A DNA stretch of 64,000 nt from an uncultured Candidatus Rokubacteria bacterium (GCA_963805625.1 CAWDVE010000010.1:1696001-1760000), one strand, 5' to 3'. Positions 29,640 to 40,571 are shown, numbered from the stretch's first letter. Numbers and translations are program-made. The notes: generated from the sequence alone by a model not told the origin.

Positions 29640-29792
29640 GCACTGTTCCTGCGCGCCCTCTTCACTGGTTCTGCCGCCATCGCGCTCGAGAACCTGGCAC
29701 TGCGCCATCAACGGATCGTCCTGCAGCGATCTGTCCCTCGACCCCGGCTCGCTCGCTGGGACCGGATCGTCTGGGTCTGGCTGTGTCGTCGG
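29640..29792 (+). mobile_element. IS transposase N-terminal remnant, same family as 15367
   Basis: IALENLALRHQ..PRLARWDRIVWVWLCR. Confidence 0.7.
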
Positions 29793-29864
29793 GCCGGACC
29801 GTCACGTCCGGGGCGGGGATCAGGTCGGCGTAGGTGGTGGGAATCGCCGTGGTAGACTCCCCGC

Positions 29865-30245
29865 ATGGATCGAGTATGGCTGGTCACTCGCGGGGAGGAT
29901 TCTGACCAGGAAGTGATTTGCGCGTGCCGGTCGGAAGCCGATGCCCAGACCATGACCGATCGGCTGCGCACGATTGGTGTGCGGCAGATTGCCCGATTCA
30001 ATGATCCGGTGGCCGTTCCACTCGTCTCTGGTGATGCCTCCATTAGCGAAATCGCGTATCTTCAGTACGTGGTTCATGTGGATCGGGATGGCCGCGAGCT
30101 TGATCGGTTCACCTATCTGACTCTGACAGAACCCAACGAGGACGGCGCACATCTAGACGGTGGTCAATTCGTCGGCTGGTCGCGCCGTAGCTACGAGGTC
30201 GCTCTCGCAGCCGCTCAGGTCGCTGCCAAAGAACTTTCGGGATAA
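29865..30245 (+). CDS. Hypothetical protein
   Basis: 126-aa ORF with globular-looking composition in a somewhat lower-GC stretch; family not recognised. Confidence 0.55.
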   Translation: MDRVWLVTRGEDSDQEVICACRSEADAQTMTDRLRTIGVRQIARFNDPVAVPLVSGDASISEIAYLQYVVHVDRDGRELDRFTYLTLTEPNEDGAHLDGGQFVGWSRRSYEVALAAAQVAAKELSG

Positions 30246-30677
30246 GTCCCACTCCTCGCCAAAGAAGCTGGTTTGTAAAGGCACGTCCGTTCTGGCTCTG
30301 CCTCACAGGCTGCCCCCGAAGCCATCGAGCGACGCCAGGGTGGCCCGTGGGGCTCTGAGTCTGGTGCACCACATCAGGACGACTTTATTCCTCTGACGGC
30401 TTCACGGTGGTGACTCGAATCATCCCTCGTCGCCGACGTGCGGCTGATTCCCAACCTCGCGTCGCTACAGAACTCCGAAGCGTCTACGGTCACTTCCCCA
30501 CCGGGACACGCCCGTAGGGGAGCCCTGCCTCGAGGGGATTCACGCGACGCGCGAGCCGAAAAATCGCCCCTGCCAAGAGTGGGGTGGCAGCTGGACGGAT
30601 GCTGGTCGGGGCCAGCGCCAGAACGGGCCCGACATCGTCCCCGTGCTACTCTGATCGCGCTTCACGGAGGCATGGGC

Positions 30678-31213
30678 ATGCTCTGCTCCCAGTGTCAGCA
30701 CGAGAACAGAGCGCAGGCGAGGTTCTGCGAGCAATGCGCCGCGCCCCTGGCCCGGACATGCGCACGCTGCGGTGCCCAGGCCTCCGCGAGTGCGAAGTTC
30801 TGCTCCGAATGTGCCTACCCTCTACCACCACCGACGCCATCGCCATCGCTAGCACCCGAGTCCTACACGCCCAAGCACCTCGCCGAAAAAATCCTCACGT
30901 CCAAGACCGCTCTCGAGGGTGAGCGCAAGCAGGTGACCGTACTCTTCGCGGACCTCAAGGGGTCGATCCCGAGTACCAGCACGGCTGGGGAGGGAAGACC
31001 CACTACCGGCAGGCTCTGGCCCTGGCCGAGGAATTGAGGATGCGCCCGCTCGGCGCCCACTGCCACCTCGGCCTCGGCAAGCTGTACCGGCGCACCGGTA
31101 AGCGGCAGGAGGCGCACGAACACCTGACCACCGCGGCGTCGATGTACCGCGAGATGGGCATGACCTTCTGGCTGGAGAACGCGGAGGCGATGTGTACCGG
31201 AGGTGACCCATGA
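30678..31213 (+). pseudogene. Internally deleted double-zinc-ribbon adenylate cyclase/TPR gene
   Basis: CSQC..FCEQC..CARC..FCSEC..GERKQVTVLFADLKGS breaks near 30965 and resumes in another frame as HYRQALALAEELRMRPL.AHCHLGLGKLY..MYREMGMTFWL. Confidence 0.85.
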
Positions 31214-32190
31214 CGCGAGTGTCGATAGTCGCCCTCCTCGCCCTTGCCCTCCTCGCCGCGCCGCTCGTCGGCGACGCGCAGCCACCGGCTAAAGTCCACC
31301 GGCTTGGGTTCCTGGGCAGCGCCTCGCCGTCCGGCTACGCCCACTTGATGGAGGCGCTCCGGCAGGGCCTTCGCGACCTCGGCTACGTGGAGGGGAAGAA
31401 CCTTTTCATCGAATACCGCTGGGCCGAGGGGAAGTACGACCGGCTTCCCGACCTTGCGACACAACTCGTCCGCCTGAAGGTCGACCTTATCGTCACGCAC
31501 GGGACGCCAGGAAGCCTTGCGGCCAAGCAAGCGACCACAACTATCCCTATCGTCATGGCGATCAGCGGCGACGCCGTGGCTACGGGGCTGGTCGCCAGCA
31601 TTGCTCGCCCGGGCGGAAACGTCACTGGCTCCACCTTCTTCTTCCCCGAACTAAACGCGAAGCGGGTGGAATTGCTCAAGGAAACCCTGCCGGGAGCCAG
31701 CCGAATGGCAACCTTCGGCAATGCTGACAATCCCTCGGTCGCACACGCGCTGAAAACAATGGAGCCGATGGCCAGGGCGTTGAAGGTGGACCTTGAGGTA
31801 GTGCAGGTCCGAAGACCCGACGAGTATGCTCGCGCCTTCTCGGCGATGGCCAAGCGGCGCGTCGAGGGGGTCGTGTTGATCGACGACGCGCTGCTGACCG
31901 CGAGTGTACGGCAGTTGGCGGACCTCGCAGCGAAGACACGAATTCCGACCATCGGAGGCAGGGAATACACCCACGCGGGTGGCCTCATGGCCTACGCCGT
32001 AAACTTCCCAGTGATCTGGCGGCGGGCCGCCGTCTTCGTCGACAAGATCTTCAGGGGCGCGAAGCCCGCCGACCTCCCCGTGGAGCAGGCCTCCACGTTC
32101 GAGTTCGTGATCAATCTCCCGACGGCGAAGGCGCTCGGGCTCACGATCCCGCCCTCGGTGCTGGCGCGGGCCGACGAGGTCATCCAGTAG
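31210..32190 (+). CDS. ABC_sub_bind (putative Trp/Tyr-type) substrate-binding protein, orphan
   Basis: GLRDLGYVEGKNL; SIARPGGNVTG; GAKPADLPVEQ; ARADEVIQ. Confidence 0.92.
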   Translation: MTRVSIVALLALALLAAPLVGDAQPPAKVHRLGFLGSASPSGYAHLMEALRQGLRDLGYVEGKNLFIEYRWAEGKYDRLPDLATQLVRLKVDLIVTHGTPGSLAAKQATTTIPIVMAISGDAVATGLVASIARPGGNVTGSTFFFPELNAKRVELLKETLPGASRMATFGNADNPSVAHALKTMEPMARALKVDLEVVQVRRPDEYARAFSAMAKRRVEGVVLIDDALLTASVRQLADLAAKTRIPTIGGREYTHAGGLMAYAVNFPVIWRRAAVFVDKIFRGAKPADLPVEQASTFEFVINLPTAKALGLTIPPSVLARADEVIQ

Positions 32191-33176
32191 TGGATAGACG
32201 AGCTTTCATCGCTAGCACCTTCGGCATCCTCGCCGCGCCGCTCGCCGCCGCCGCGCAGCCGGCGGGGAAGATCGCTCGAATAGGCTACCTGGCGGCCGAC
32301 CTGGCGGGCAATCCGCTTGCGACAGAGGCCTTTCGTCAAGGGCTGCGCGACCTCGGCTACGTCGAGGGCCACAACCTCATGATCGAATATCGATCTGCGG
32401 CGGGGACGCCCGAGCGGCTCCCCGCTCTCGCGGCCGAACTGGTTGCGCTCAAGGTTGAGGTCATCGTGGCTCCCAACACACCCGCCGCCCTGGCCGCGAA
32501 ACAAGCGACCAGGATCCTCCCCATTGTCTTCATTGGTGCGGGCGATCCGGTGACGAGCGGGCTCGTCACCAGCCTGGCGCGGCCAGGCGGCAATGTCACG
32601 GGGTTGTCCGTCCTCTCCACGGAGCTCGTGGGCAAGTGGCTGGAACTGCTCAAACAGGCCGTTCCGGGGGTCAGTCGGGTCGCTGTCCTCTGGCAGCCAG
32701 GCGCCATGGACGAGCGCACGGACAAGGAGATGCAAGAGGGAGCAGAAGTCGCGGCACAGGCGCTGGGGGTGCGGCTTCAATTCGTTGAGGCGCGAGGTCC
32801 CGCCGATTTCGACAGGGCCTTCTCGGACATGACGAGGGCGCGGGCGGGTGCGCTGACTGTGCGGCCAGCCCCCATGTTCATCAGTGAGCGAAGACGCCTC
32901 GTGGACCTGGCGGCAAAGAACCGGCTGCCGGCACTGTACGCGTGGAAGGAGTTTGTCGATGCCGGGGGCCTTATGGCCTATGGACCGAACCTCTTTGATT
33001 TGTATCGGCGCGCCGCTACCTACGTGGACAAGATTCTCAAAGGCGCCAAGCCCGGCGACCTGCCCGTGGAGCAGCCGACGAAGTTCGAGCTGGTGCTGAA
33101 CCTAAAGACCGCCAGGGCCCTCGGCCTGACGATCCCGCCCTCGGTGCTCGCGCGGGCGGATGAGGTAATAGAGTGA
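32190..33176 (+). CDS. ABC_sub_bind substrate-binding protein, tandem paralog
   Basis: MDRRAF; SLARPGGNVTG; GAKPGDLPVEQPTKFEL; ARADEVIE. Confidence 0.92.
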   Translation: MDRRAFIASTFGILAAPLAAAAQPAGKIARIGYLAADLAGNPLATEAFRQGLRDLGYVEGHNLMIEYRSAAGTPERLPALAAELVALKVEVIVAPNTPAALAAKQATRILPIVFIGAGDPVTSGLVTSLARPGGNVTGLSVLSTELVGKWLELLKQAVPGVSRVAVLWQPGAMDERTDKEMQEGAEVAAQALGVRLQFVEARGPADFDRAFSDMTRARAGALTVRPAPMFISERRRLVDLAAKNRLPALYAWKEFVDAGGLMAYGPNLFDLYRRAATYVDKILKGAKPGDLPVEQPTKFELVLNLKTARALGLTIPPSVLARADEVIE

Positions 33177-33215
33177 CACTGACAGCGACCCACTAGCAGA
33201 CCAGGAGGTTTTCCG

Positions 33216-33602
33216 ATGAAGACTATCGTGACGCACGTGCACCTGAGGCCAGACGCCGGACGAGACTGGGACGCCGCAATGCGTAAGCGTCTATCGGCCG
33301 CGAGGAAGCGACCAGGTTGGGTAGGAGGACAACTCCTCCGCCCCGCCGATAAGGACGACAAGCGAGTGATTGTCGGCACGTGGAGGACCCGCGCGGATTG
33401 GGACGGATGGCACCATGATCCGACATTCGCGGAGACGCGTCAGCGACTCGAAGGACTAGAGAGCGCACCCGCTGAGCACTGGTGGCACGACGTCGTGCTG
33501 GATGCTCGGAAAACGACAGCTCCTCCCCCGCCCACCTCCAAGTCCCCAAACAAGCGGAAGGCGAAGGGCAAGACAAAGAGTCCACGAAGGCGCTCGGCCT
33601 GA
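33216..33602 (+). CDS. Antibiotic biosynthesis monooxygenase (ABM) domain protein with Lys-rich tail
   Basis: AGGAGG RBS; PGWVGGQLL..VIVGTWRTRADWDGWH..F. Confidence 0.8.
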   Translation: MKTIVTHVHLRPDAGRDWDAAMRKRLSAARKRPGWVGGQLLRPADKDDKRVIVGTWRTRADWDGWHHDPTFAETRQRLEGLESAPAEHWWHDVVLDARKTTAPPPPTSKSPNKRKAKGKTKSPRRRSA

Positions 33603-34099
33603 CGAACCCGCTCGAGGCTGCCACCAGAGCACGTCGCCCTCCGCGCGACCCTCGACAAGGCGGCCTCTGAGTGCCGGGTCACCTTCCCGATCATCGTCCG
33701 GTACGAGATCGACCCGTTTGACCAGCTCGTCTACTACTACCGGGAAGACATGGGATATGAGGACCGCCAGCGGTTCCTCGACTGCGTGGCCGATCGCGTC
33801 CGCGGTGCGGGCGTCACACTGACCGGCGCCGGCGGTGGGACGTCTGTGCCGACGCTCGTCTACCCCGATGACCTACGGATCGTCACCCCTTCGGCCTCCC
33901 TGGCACCCGAGCGAACTGCCTACTCGGGGCACTGGGTCGGCGCGTTGAATATGCAGCGGTCACGGCGTGCACGGCGATCTCACCGAGAAAGCGGAGGGCC
34001 CACGCCTCGTGAGCGCGACCGCGACTGCAGGCCGAACGGAGCGCGACGTCGGGGTGGGCCAGCGGGGCGCGCGACATGCCAGCCCGTCTCGGATTCGCG

Positions 34100-36007
34100 T
34101 CAGCGCTCTGGCACCCCAGCCTTGCGTGCCCCCTCGACGATCCGCAGATATTCCTTGCGGAACGTTGGATTCTCGGAGTACCCGAATCCTTCCTGCACCA
34201 GGTTCTGGACCGTCAACCCCGGTCTCAGCTTCAGGAGTTCCCCAACTGCGGCCGCGGCCTCTGCGGTCTGCCCGCGCCAGGCATACGCGGAGGCGAGATC
34301 GACCCAGACGAACCAGTACGTCTTACCGGTCGCGATCGACTTGAGGCACCACTCGATCGCCGCGGCGTCGCGTGCCAGGTGACTATGCGCGTGGCAGAGC
34401 GCGTAATACCAGACATACAACTCAGGATCGCGCGGGCTCAGACGAATCGCCCTCTCCACCGGCGCTACGGCATCCGCGGCCCGACCCATCGTAATCAACA
34501 CTCGCGCCCTTTCCACGTGCGCGGCCGTATGGTTGCGATCGAGGGCGATCGCACGGTCATATGCCGCGAGCGCCGCATCGAACCGGTTCGACACGCTGAG
34601 AACCTGGGCCTTGACGTAATGAGCCTGCGCATTGTTGGGCGCGGTGGAGATCGCCCGCGTGGCTGCTTCGTCGGCCCGGACCAGGACCCTGGCGGGTTCC
34701 GGATCCCAACGGCTGCGGTAGATGGACGTGAGGGCCTGCGCCAGCCCGGCGTTCGCCTGGCTGTCGTCGGGATCGATGCGAAGGGCCTGCTCGAACCACG
34801 TCACGGACCTCTGCACGTCGTCTTTGTTCGACCCCGCATTCAGGACCGACCAGCCACGCATGGTGAGGTCCACCGCGTCCGGGTTGGCGCGCGGCGCCCG
34901 CCGACCCTCGACGTTGACGAGTTCGAAGCTGAGCGTCCTCGCCAGCCGGTTCGCGATGCCGAAGTTGTCCAGGGAGGTCGCGAGTGCGCCCTGATCGACG
35001 TCCATCTGCTCGGCCCAGAGATGCGCGCCGGTGCCCGCGTCGATGAGTTGTGCGTTGACGCGGACAGTGCCTCCCATTCGACGCACGCTCCCCTCGAGCA
35101 CATACCGGACGCCCAGCTCGCGGCCGATCTCCCGGACATCGACGGCCTTACCCTTGAACGTGAACGCAGTGTTCCTGGCGATCACGAAGCTTCCGGCAAT
35201 TCGCGAGAGATCAGTCGTGAGATCTTCGGTTATGCCATCGGCGAAGTAGTCCTGGCTCGGATCGCCACTGAGGTTCCTGAAGGGCAGCACGACGATCGAG
35301 AGGCGCGGCGCCTCCGTGCTGTCCGCTGGCTGACCTGGAGAGACGCGCGATCTGATCCACCAGGCCCCTGCCACCCCGAGGATGACCAGGAAGGCCACCA
35401 GGCCCCACACGGCCCAGGGCCTCCGGTTCGCTACGGCGGGGCGCGTGACGGGCGTGGCCAGCTCTCTGGAGGATGCTCCCGGAACTCGGAGTCGGTACAT
35501 TCGCAGGGGCTGCTCGATGTTCTTGACCTGCCGCTCGCCCACATCCTCGAAGGTGAACGGCAGCTTGCCACGGACCTGATCGTGGACGGTATTTGACACG
35601 AGCACGCCGCCCGGGTCGGCCAGCGCTTCGAGCCGCGCCGCGATGTTGATGCCGTCGCCGTAGATCCGGGTCTCGTCGTGGATCACATCCCCCAGATTGA
35701 TCCCGATACGGAACTGCATTCGGCGACTCTCAGGCACGTCGGCGTTGCGCTCGGCCATCACGCCCTGGATCTCGACCGCGCACTCGGTCGCGCCGATGAC
35801 GCTCGGAAACTCGGCCATGATGCCGTCTCCGGCGGTGTCGATGATCCGCCCGCCGTGACGGCCGATCAGCGGCAGGATCACGCTCTGATGGGCCTTGAGG
35901 TCCCGCACGGTGGCGGCCTCATCCGCGTGCATGAGCCGGCTGTAGCCGGCGATGTCGGCGGCAAGAATGGCGGCGAGCCGACGCGGCAACGAGGGCGCTT
36001 CGTCCAT
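34100..36007 (-). CDS. Class III adenylate/guanylate cyclase with TM, TolB-like and TPR domains
   Basis: RRLAAILAADIAGYSRLM; TAGDG; FRIGINLGDV; YGDGINIAARLE; SIVVLPFRNLSGD..YFADGITEDL. Confidence 0.93.
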   Translation of the reverse strand: MDEAPSLPRRLAAILAADIAGYSRLMHADEAATVRDLKAHQSVILPLIGRHGGRIIDTAGDGIMAEFPSVIGATECAVEIQGVMAERNADVPESRRMQFRIGINLGDVIHDETRIYGDGINIAARLEALADPGGVLVSNTVHDQVRGKLPFTFEDVGERQVKNIEQPLRMYRLRVPGASSRELATPVTRPAVANRRPWAVWGLVAFLVILGVAGAWWIRSRVSPGQPADSTEAPRLSIVVLPFRNLSGDPSQDYFADGITEDLTTDLSRIAGSFVIARNTAFTFKGKAVDVREIGRELGVRYVLEGSVRRMGGTVRVNAQLIDAGTGAHLWAEQMDVDQGALATSLDNFGIANRLARTLSFELVNVEGRRAPRANPDAVDLTMRGWSVLNAGSNKDDVQRSVTWFEQALRIDPDDSQANAGLAQALTSIYRSRWDPEPARVLVRADEAATRAISTAPNNAQAHYVKAQVLSVSNRFDAALAAYDRAIALDRNHTAAHVERARVLITMGRAADAVAPVERAIRLSPRDPELYVWYYALCHAHSHLARDAAAIEWCLKSIATGKTYWFVWVDLASAYAWRGQTAEAAAAVGELLKLRPGLTVQNLVQEGFGYSENPTFRKEYLRIVEGARKAGVPER

Positions 36008-36389
36008 GACGCGGTCTCGCGCTCCCACTGGCGAGCGGGTGCTAGTGTTGCACATCGCCCTGCGGATCGCCAGCAGAGTGCCCCATCGCTGGCGGCGAGG
36101 CGCCAGCGGACATCGGCGCTGCTCCCCGTTCACCCTATGTCGTACGGACGCTGTATGGGCGTTGCGCTCCTCGCCGATGGGCGGACGTGTGAACAGGCGC
36201 TGGCCGAGAAGTACTGACCGCCGCGACGGCGACGGCCGGTGGCATGGCCCTCGCTCGAGCTGGCCCACCCCGGGGGCTCAGCGGCCTGGGCTGGTGCAGT
36301 GCCCGCGGCGCCGAGGAACGGCGGATCCAGGACGCCAACGGGTCCTGGCCTCGGTCAATCCGGGCTGTCCCGGGGACACAGCCGGGGCG

Positions 36390-36800
36390 GATCGAACCGG
36401 AATTGCTCGAGGGTCAGCGCATTGTCCAGCGCGGTAGGTAGAGGGAACCGCCCGAGCTCCAGCTCGAGCCGTCCGGCCTCCACCTTGGACAGGTCGAGGA
36501 TGTCGTTGATCAGGGAGAGCAGATGCCGGCCGGAGGACAGGATGTCCTGGAGGTACTCGGCCTGTTTCTCGTTCACCTCCCCGAACACCGCTCGGCCAGC
36601 ACCTCCGAGAAGCCGAGGATCGCGTTCAGCGGCGTCCGCAGCTCGTGGGACATGTTGGCGAGGAACTCGGACTTGTGGCGGCTGGCGGCTTCGAGCTGCC
36701 GGCTCTTCGCCTCGAGCTCCCGGAACAGGCGGGCGTTCTGGATGGCCAGGGCGGACTGGGTCCCGAACGTCCTCAGCAAGTCGACGACCGCCGCCGCGAA
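36390..36800 (-). pseudogene. GAF-histidine kinase fragment
   Basis: [37 protein letters not shown]; frameshift near 36588; HATPase domain absent. Confidence 0.85.
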
Positions 36801-36989
36801 ACTTTCGCGCGGAGGCTCATCATGGAACCCTCCTCCGGCCCGAGGGCCGTCGAGGGTCACATCACAAATGGCGCGGGCCTCCCGCTCGGTAACATTCTAG
36901 ATGGCGTGATTCGCAATCTTTACGCCGACGCTGGCGCCAATATATCTGGCGCGATCTTGCGCGCATCGTCCAGACTAGCGAGCGAAGCC

Positions 36990-37022
36990 TCGATTGACAA
37001 TCGACGCGGCTGCGCTTAGCGT
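36990..37022 (+). promoter_or_regulatory. Sigma-70-type promoter TTGACA-N17-TAGCGT overlapped by palindrome TCGATTG-A-CAATCGA
   Basis: -35 at 36994-36999, -10 at 37017-37022; palindrome at 36990-37004. Confidence 0.6.
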
Positions 37023-37109
37023 CGGTACCTAGCGTCTGACTCTTGGGGATGGAATCGTGCTCCTTGAGGGACGACGTTCGCTGTTCATCTCCGTCTACTG
37101 GAGGGTTCT

Positions 37110-37292
37110 ATGGCAGTCAAGCCGAAGGGATTGGTGGTGGTGGCCATGTACGTCTCTCCGGGTGTGTCTCGGGGCGCCGGAGGCTTCGTGATCGTCAACG
37201 GAAAGCTCAAGAGGGTGCCGCCACGGGGCCCGGCCTTCAAGCAGCTCCAGGCGGCGATCCAGGCGGTCGCAAGCAAGCGCGGCGGGCGCTAG
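37110..37292 (+). CDS. 60-aa basic small protein
   Basis: GGAGGG RBS, upstream promoter, GGFVIVNGKLKRVPPRGP followed by an amphipathic helix. Confidence 0.65.
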   Translation: MAVKPKGLVVVAMYVSPGVSRGAGGFVIVNGKLKRVPPRGPAFKQLQAAIQAVASKRGGR

Positions 37293-37564
37293 CGCGCGGC
37301 CGGCCGAGAGGATGGGCCGGCGCCGTGTTGGCCTGCCCCCACTGGTCCATCATGAGCAACTGACCTCCTCCACTGATCTCCCAGCGGGCAAGGTCTCCCC
37401 AATCCACCGCGGGTCCCGCCAGCCGCGCCTCCCTGACCCCTCACCTGAGGAACGCCCAAGTCCAGAGCCCGGCGGGGCCCGCCGGTGCCGTTCTTGACAC
37501 CGTCCGCGCCGGCCGCGCACCATCGAGGTCGAGTGGGTCAGGGCGGCCTTCGTCCGCCAGCCCC

Positions 37565-37584
37565 CGGGGGAAACGGCCGAGAAG
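37565..37584 (+). repeat. 20-bp direct repeat CGGGGGAAACGGCCGAGAAG, copy 1
   Basis: Identical to 40572-40591; degenerate copy at 41658-41676. Confidence 0.7.
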
Positions 37585-37738
37585 AGCCACTAGGTCGACT
37601 ACCCTCCCGGCCCGGACCGCTGGAGGGTAACGCTCCAGTGACGAGCTGGGTCACGCTGCGCTGTCTCTGGAAAGGAGCGACCGCTCGCGAGGCCGTCCGA
37701 AGCGTGGAGGCACGCTCTGGTGCTGTAGAGTTGGAAGC

Positions 37739-39217
37739 ATGGAGCCGGGGGAGCCTTCGCGCGGCTGCTTCTCCTGCGACCTTTCCGGGCCCGGAAGGGA
37801 CCTCTCGCACTTCTGGGAGCACGTGGTTGGCAGCGACCACGCCCCGGTCGCGCTGCGGGCCGACTGGCAGGCCCAGCTCCGGCGGTGCCGGCGCGAGTTG
37901 GGCCTGTGCGCGGTGCGCTTTCACGGGCTCCTCTCCGACGATGTCGGAACGTTCATCGTCCACGACCAGGCGCCACTCTATTCGTTCTTCAACGCCGACC
38001 AGATCGTGGACTTCCTGCTCTCGATCGGCATGCGGCCCTTCGTGGAGTTGAGCTTCATGCCCGCGGCCCTCGCGTCGGGCGACAGGACCGTCTTCCGCTA
38101 TCGCGGCAACGTCACCCCACCCATCGACTACGGAGCGTGGGGGGAGCTCGTCCGCGGGCTCGTCGCCCACTGGAAGCAACGCTACGGAACCGAGGAGGTG
38201 GAGCGCTGGCACTTCGAGGTCTGGAATGAGCCTAACCTCGAGGACTTCTGGGCAGGGACGCAGCAGGACTACTGGCGGCTGTATCGCCACGCGGCGCAGG
38301 CCGTCAAGTCGGTCGATCCCTCGTTCCGAGTCGGTGGGCCGGCCACGGCCAGGAACGAGTGGATCGCCGAGTTCCTCGACTTCTGCGAGCGGGAGGCCGT
38401 GCCCGCGGACTTCGTCAGCACCCATCACTACCCCACCGACGCGCTCGGGAACGAGAAGGACGACACCGAGAGCCAGCTTTCGCAGGGTCGCCGCGGCCTT
38501 CTCCGCGACCAGGCGCGCAGAGCGCGCCAGGAGGCGGGCCAGCGGCCGCTCCTGTACACCGAGTGGAACACCTCCTCGAACCCGCGCGACCGCCTCCATG
38601 ACCAGCCCTACGCCGCGGCCTTCATCGTCAAGACCGTGATGGAGATGAGCGGGCTGGTCGAGAGCTACGGCTTCTGGACCTTCACCGACCTGTTCGCCGA
38701 GAACTACTTCCCCTCGGTTCCCTTCCACGGAGGCTTCGGCCTCCTCAACCTCCACGGGATCGCGAAGCCCTCCTACCGTGCCTTCGAGCTGCTGCACCGG
38801 CTCGGTCGCCGCGAGCTGCGCGTCGAGGGCGCTCATCCGACGGTGGACGTCTGGGTCGTGCGCAAGGGCCAAGCGCTCACCGTGCTGCTCACCAACCACG
38901 CTCTGCCCCGCCACTCGATCGCGACCGAGTCGATCGAGGTCCGGCTGGGGAACGCGCCCGCGCCGCACGGGGCGCGGATCGAACGGATCGACGAAGACCA
39001 CGCCAATGCCAGGGTCGAGTGGCTCCACATGGGGAGCCCCGAATACCTTCGGCGCGCGGACATCGAGCGCTTGCAGGAGGCCTCGGTAATGACGACGCAG
39101 AGCTGTCCGCTCAGCTACGCCGATGGCACGATCGTCTTGCGGGTCGAGCTTCCGCCGCACGCCGTGGCCGCGGTCACGCTGGAGCTGGCCGCCGGCGTTA
39201 GGAGAGCGAGACGGTGA
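37739..39217 (+). CDS. GH39 beta-xylosidase-like glycosidase
   Basis: VRFHGLLSDD; PFVELSFMP; FEVWNEPN (acid/base); YTEWN (nucleophile); FHGGFGLL. Confidence 0.93.
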   Translation: MEPGEPSRGCFSCDLSGPGRDLSHFWEHVVGSDHAPVALRADWQAQLRRCRRELGLCAVRFHGLLSDDVGTFIVHDQAPLYSFFNADQIVDFLLSIGMRPFVELSFMPAALASGDRTVFRYRGNVTPPIDYGAWGELVRGLVAHWKQRYGTEEVERWHFEVWNEPNLEDFWAGTQQDYWRLYRHAAQAVKSVDPSFRVGGPATARNEWIAEFLDFCEREAVPADFVSTHHYPTDALGNEKDDTESQLSQGRRGLLRDQARRARQEAGQRPLLYTEWNTSSNPRDRLHDQPYAAAFIVKTVMEMSGLVESYGFWTFTDLFAENYFPSVPFHGGFGLLNLHGIAKPSYRAFELLHRLGRRELRVEGAHPTVDVWVVRKGQALTVLLTNHALPRHSIATESIEVRLGNAPAPHGARIERIDEDHANARVEWLHMGSPEYLRRADIERLQEASVMTTQSCPLSYADGTIVLRVELPPHAVAAVTLELAAGVRRARR

Positions 39218-40527
39218 GGATCTCGCGCTCAGACCAGCGCTACCTCGACAAGCTGCAGCGCGACACATTCCAGTACTTCTGGAAGGAAGCCGATCCTCGA
39301 AGCGGCCTTGTGCCCGACAACACGAGCAAGGGTGCGCCCTCGAGCATCGCGGCCGTGGGACTGGCTCTCGCCACCTACACGGTCGGTGTCGAACGTCATT
39401 GCATCAGCCGCAAGCAGGGCATCGAGCGGACGCTGGCGACTCTGCGCTTCTTCGTCGAGAGTCCCCAAGGGCCTCAGGCCGACGCCACCGGCTACAGGGG
39501 CTTCTACTACCATTTCCTCGACATGCGGAGCGGACGCAGGGTGTGGAAGTGCGAGCTGTCCACGATCGACACCACGATCCTGCTCGCCGGCGGGCTCACC
39601 GCGGCTCGGTACTTCGACCGGCCGGCCGCCGCGGAGCGGGCCATCCGCGACCTGGCCGAAGAGCTGTACCGGCGCGCCGACTGGTCGTGGGCGCTCAATG
39701 GTGGACCCACGGTCTCGCACGGGTGGCGACCGGAGAGAGGGTTCATCCGTTACCGGTGGCAGGGCTACAATGAAGCGCTGATCCTGTACGTCCTGGGTCT
39801 GGGCTCGCCGACGCACCCCTTGCCCGAATCGAGCTATCCCGCCTGGACGTCGACGTACGTCTGGAAGAGGGTCTACGGACACGAGTACCTCTACGGCGCG
39901 CCGCTCTTCATCCATCAGTTGTCGCATCTCTGGCTCGACCTCCGCGGGATCCAGGACGATTACATGCGCCGCAGGGACAGCGACTACTTCGTCAACAGCC
40001 GCCGAGCGACTCACGTGCAGCAGCAGTACGCGGTCCGCAACCCCAGGAAGTTCGAGGGCTACAGCGCCTGTTCGTGGGGGTTCACGGCCAGCGATGGGCC
40101 CGGTCCGGCACGCCGCCGCATCCGCGGCGTGGCGCGCCTCTTCCACGCCTACAAGGCCCGCGGCGTGCCCTGGGGCCCCGACGACGGGACGCTGGCTCCG
40201 TGGGCGGCGGCGGCCTCGCTGCCGTTCGTACCGGACGTCGTCCTGTCCACGCTGCGCTACTTCGACGAGGCCTTTCCCGAGATGGTCAGCCGGTACGGCT
40301 TCAAGTGCAGCTTCAATCCTACGTTTCCCGCACGGACGGCCAAGGGCTGGATTTCGAAAGGCTACTACGGCCTCGACCAGGGCCCGGTCGTCCTCATGAT
40401 CGAGAACCAGCGCTCGGAGCTGATCTGGCGGCTCATGCGCGGGTGTCCGCACGTCGTGAGGGGGCTGCAACGGGCGGGGTTCGACGGAGGCTGGCTGGCC
40501 GCCACGACCCCGAGGTTGGCATCATAG
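39214..40527 (+). CDS. Glucoamylase-family (DUF2329, GH144-like) glycosidase
   Basis: SIAAVGLAL; GFYYHFLDM; ELSTIDT; WQGYNEA; PLFIHQLSH; WGFTASDGP; GLDQGP. Confidence 0.88.
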   Translation: MRISRSDQRYLDKLQRDTFQYFWKEADPRSGLVPDNTSKGAPSSIAAVGLALATYTVGVERHCISRKQGIERTLATLRFFVESPQGPQADATGYRGFYYHFLDMRSGRRVWKCELSTIDTTILLAGGLTAARYFDRPAAAERAIRDLAEELYRRADWSWALNGGPTVSHGWRPERGFIRYRWQGYNEALILYVLGLGSPTHPLPESSYPAWTSTYVWKRVYGHEYLYGAPLFIHQLSHLWLDLRGIQDDYMRRRDSDYFVNSRRATHVQQQYAVRNPRKFEGYSACSWGFTASDGPGPARRRIRGVARLFHAYKARGVPWGPDDGTLAPWAAAASLPFVPDVVLSTLRYFDEAFPEMVSRYGFKCSFNPTFPARTAKGWISKGYYGLDQGPVVLMIENQRSELIWRLMRGCPHVVRGLQRAGFDGGWLAATTPRLAS

Positions 40528-40571
40528 GCCGGACCACCGGCCACAGGTGCTAACATCCGCCCCTTGGGGAA

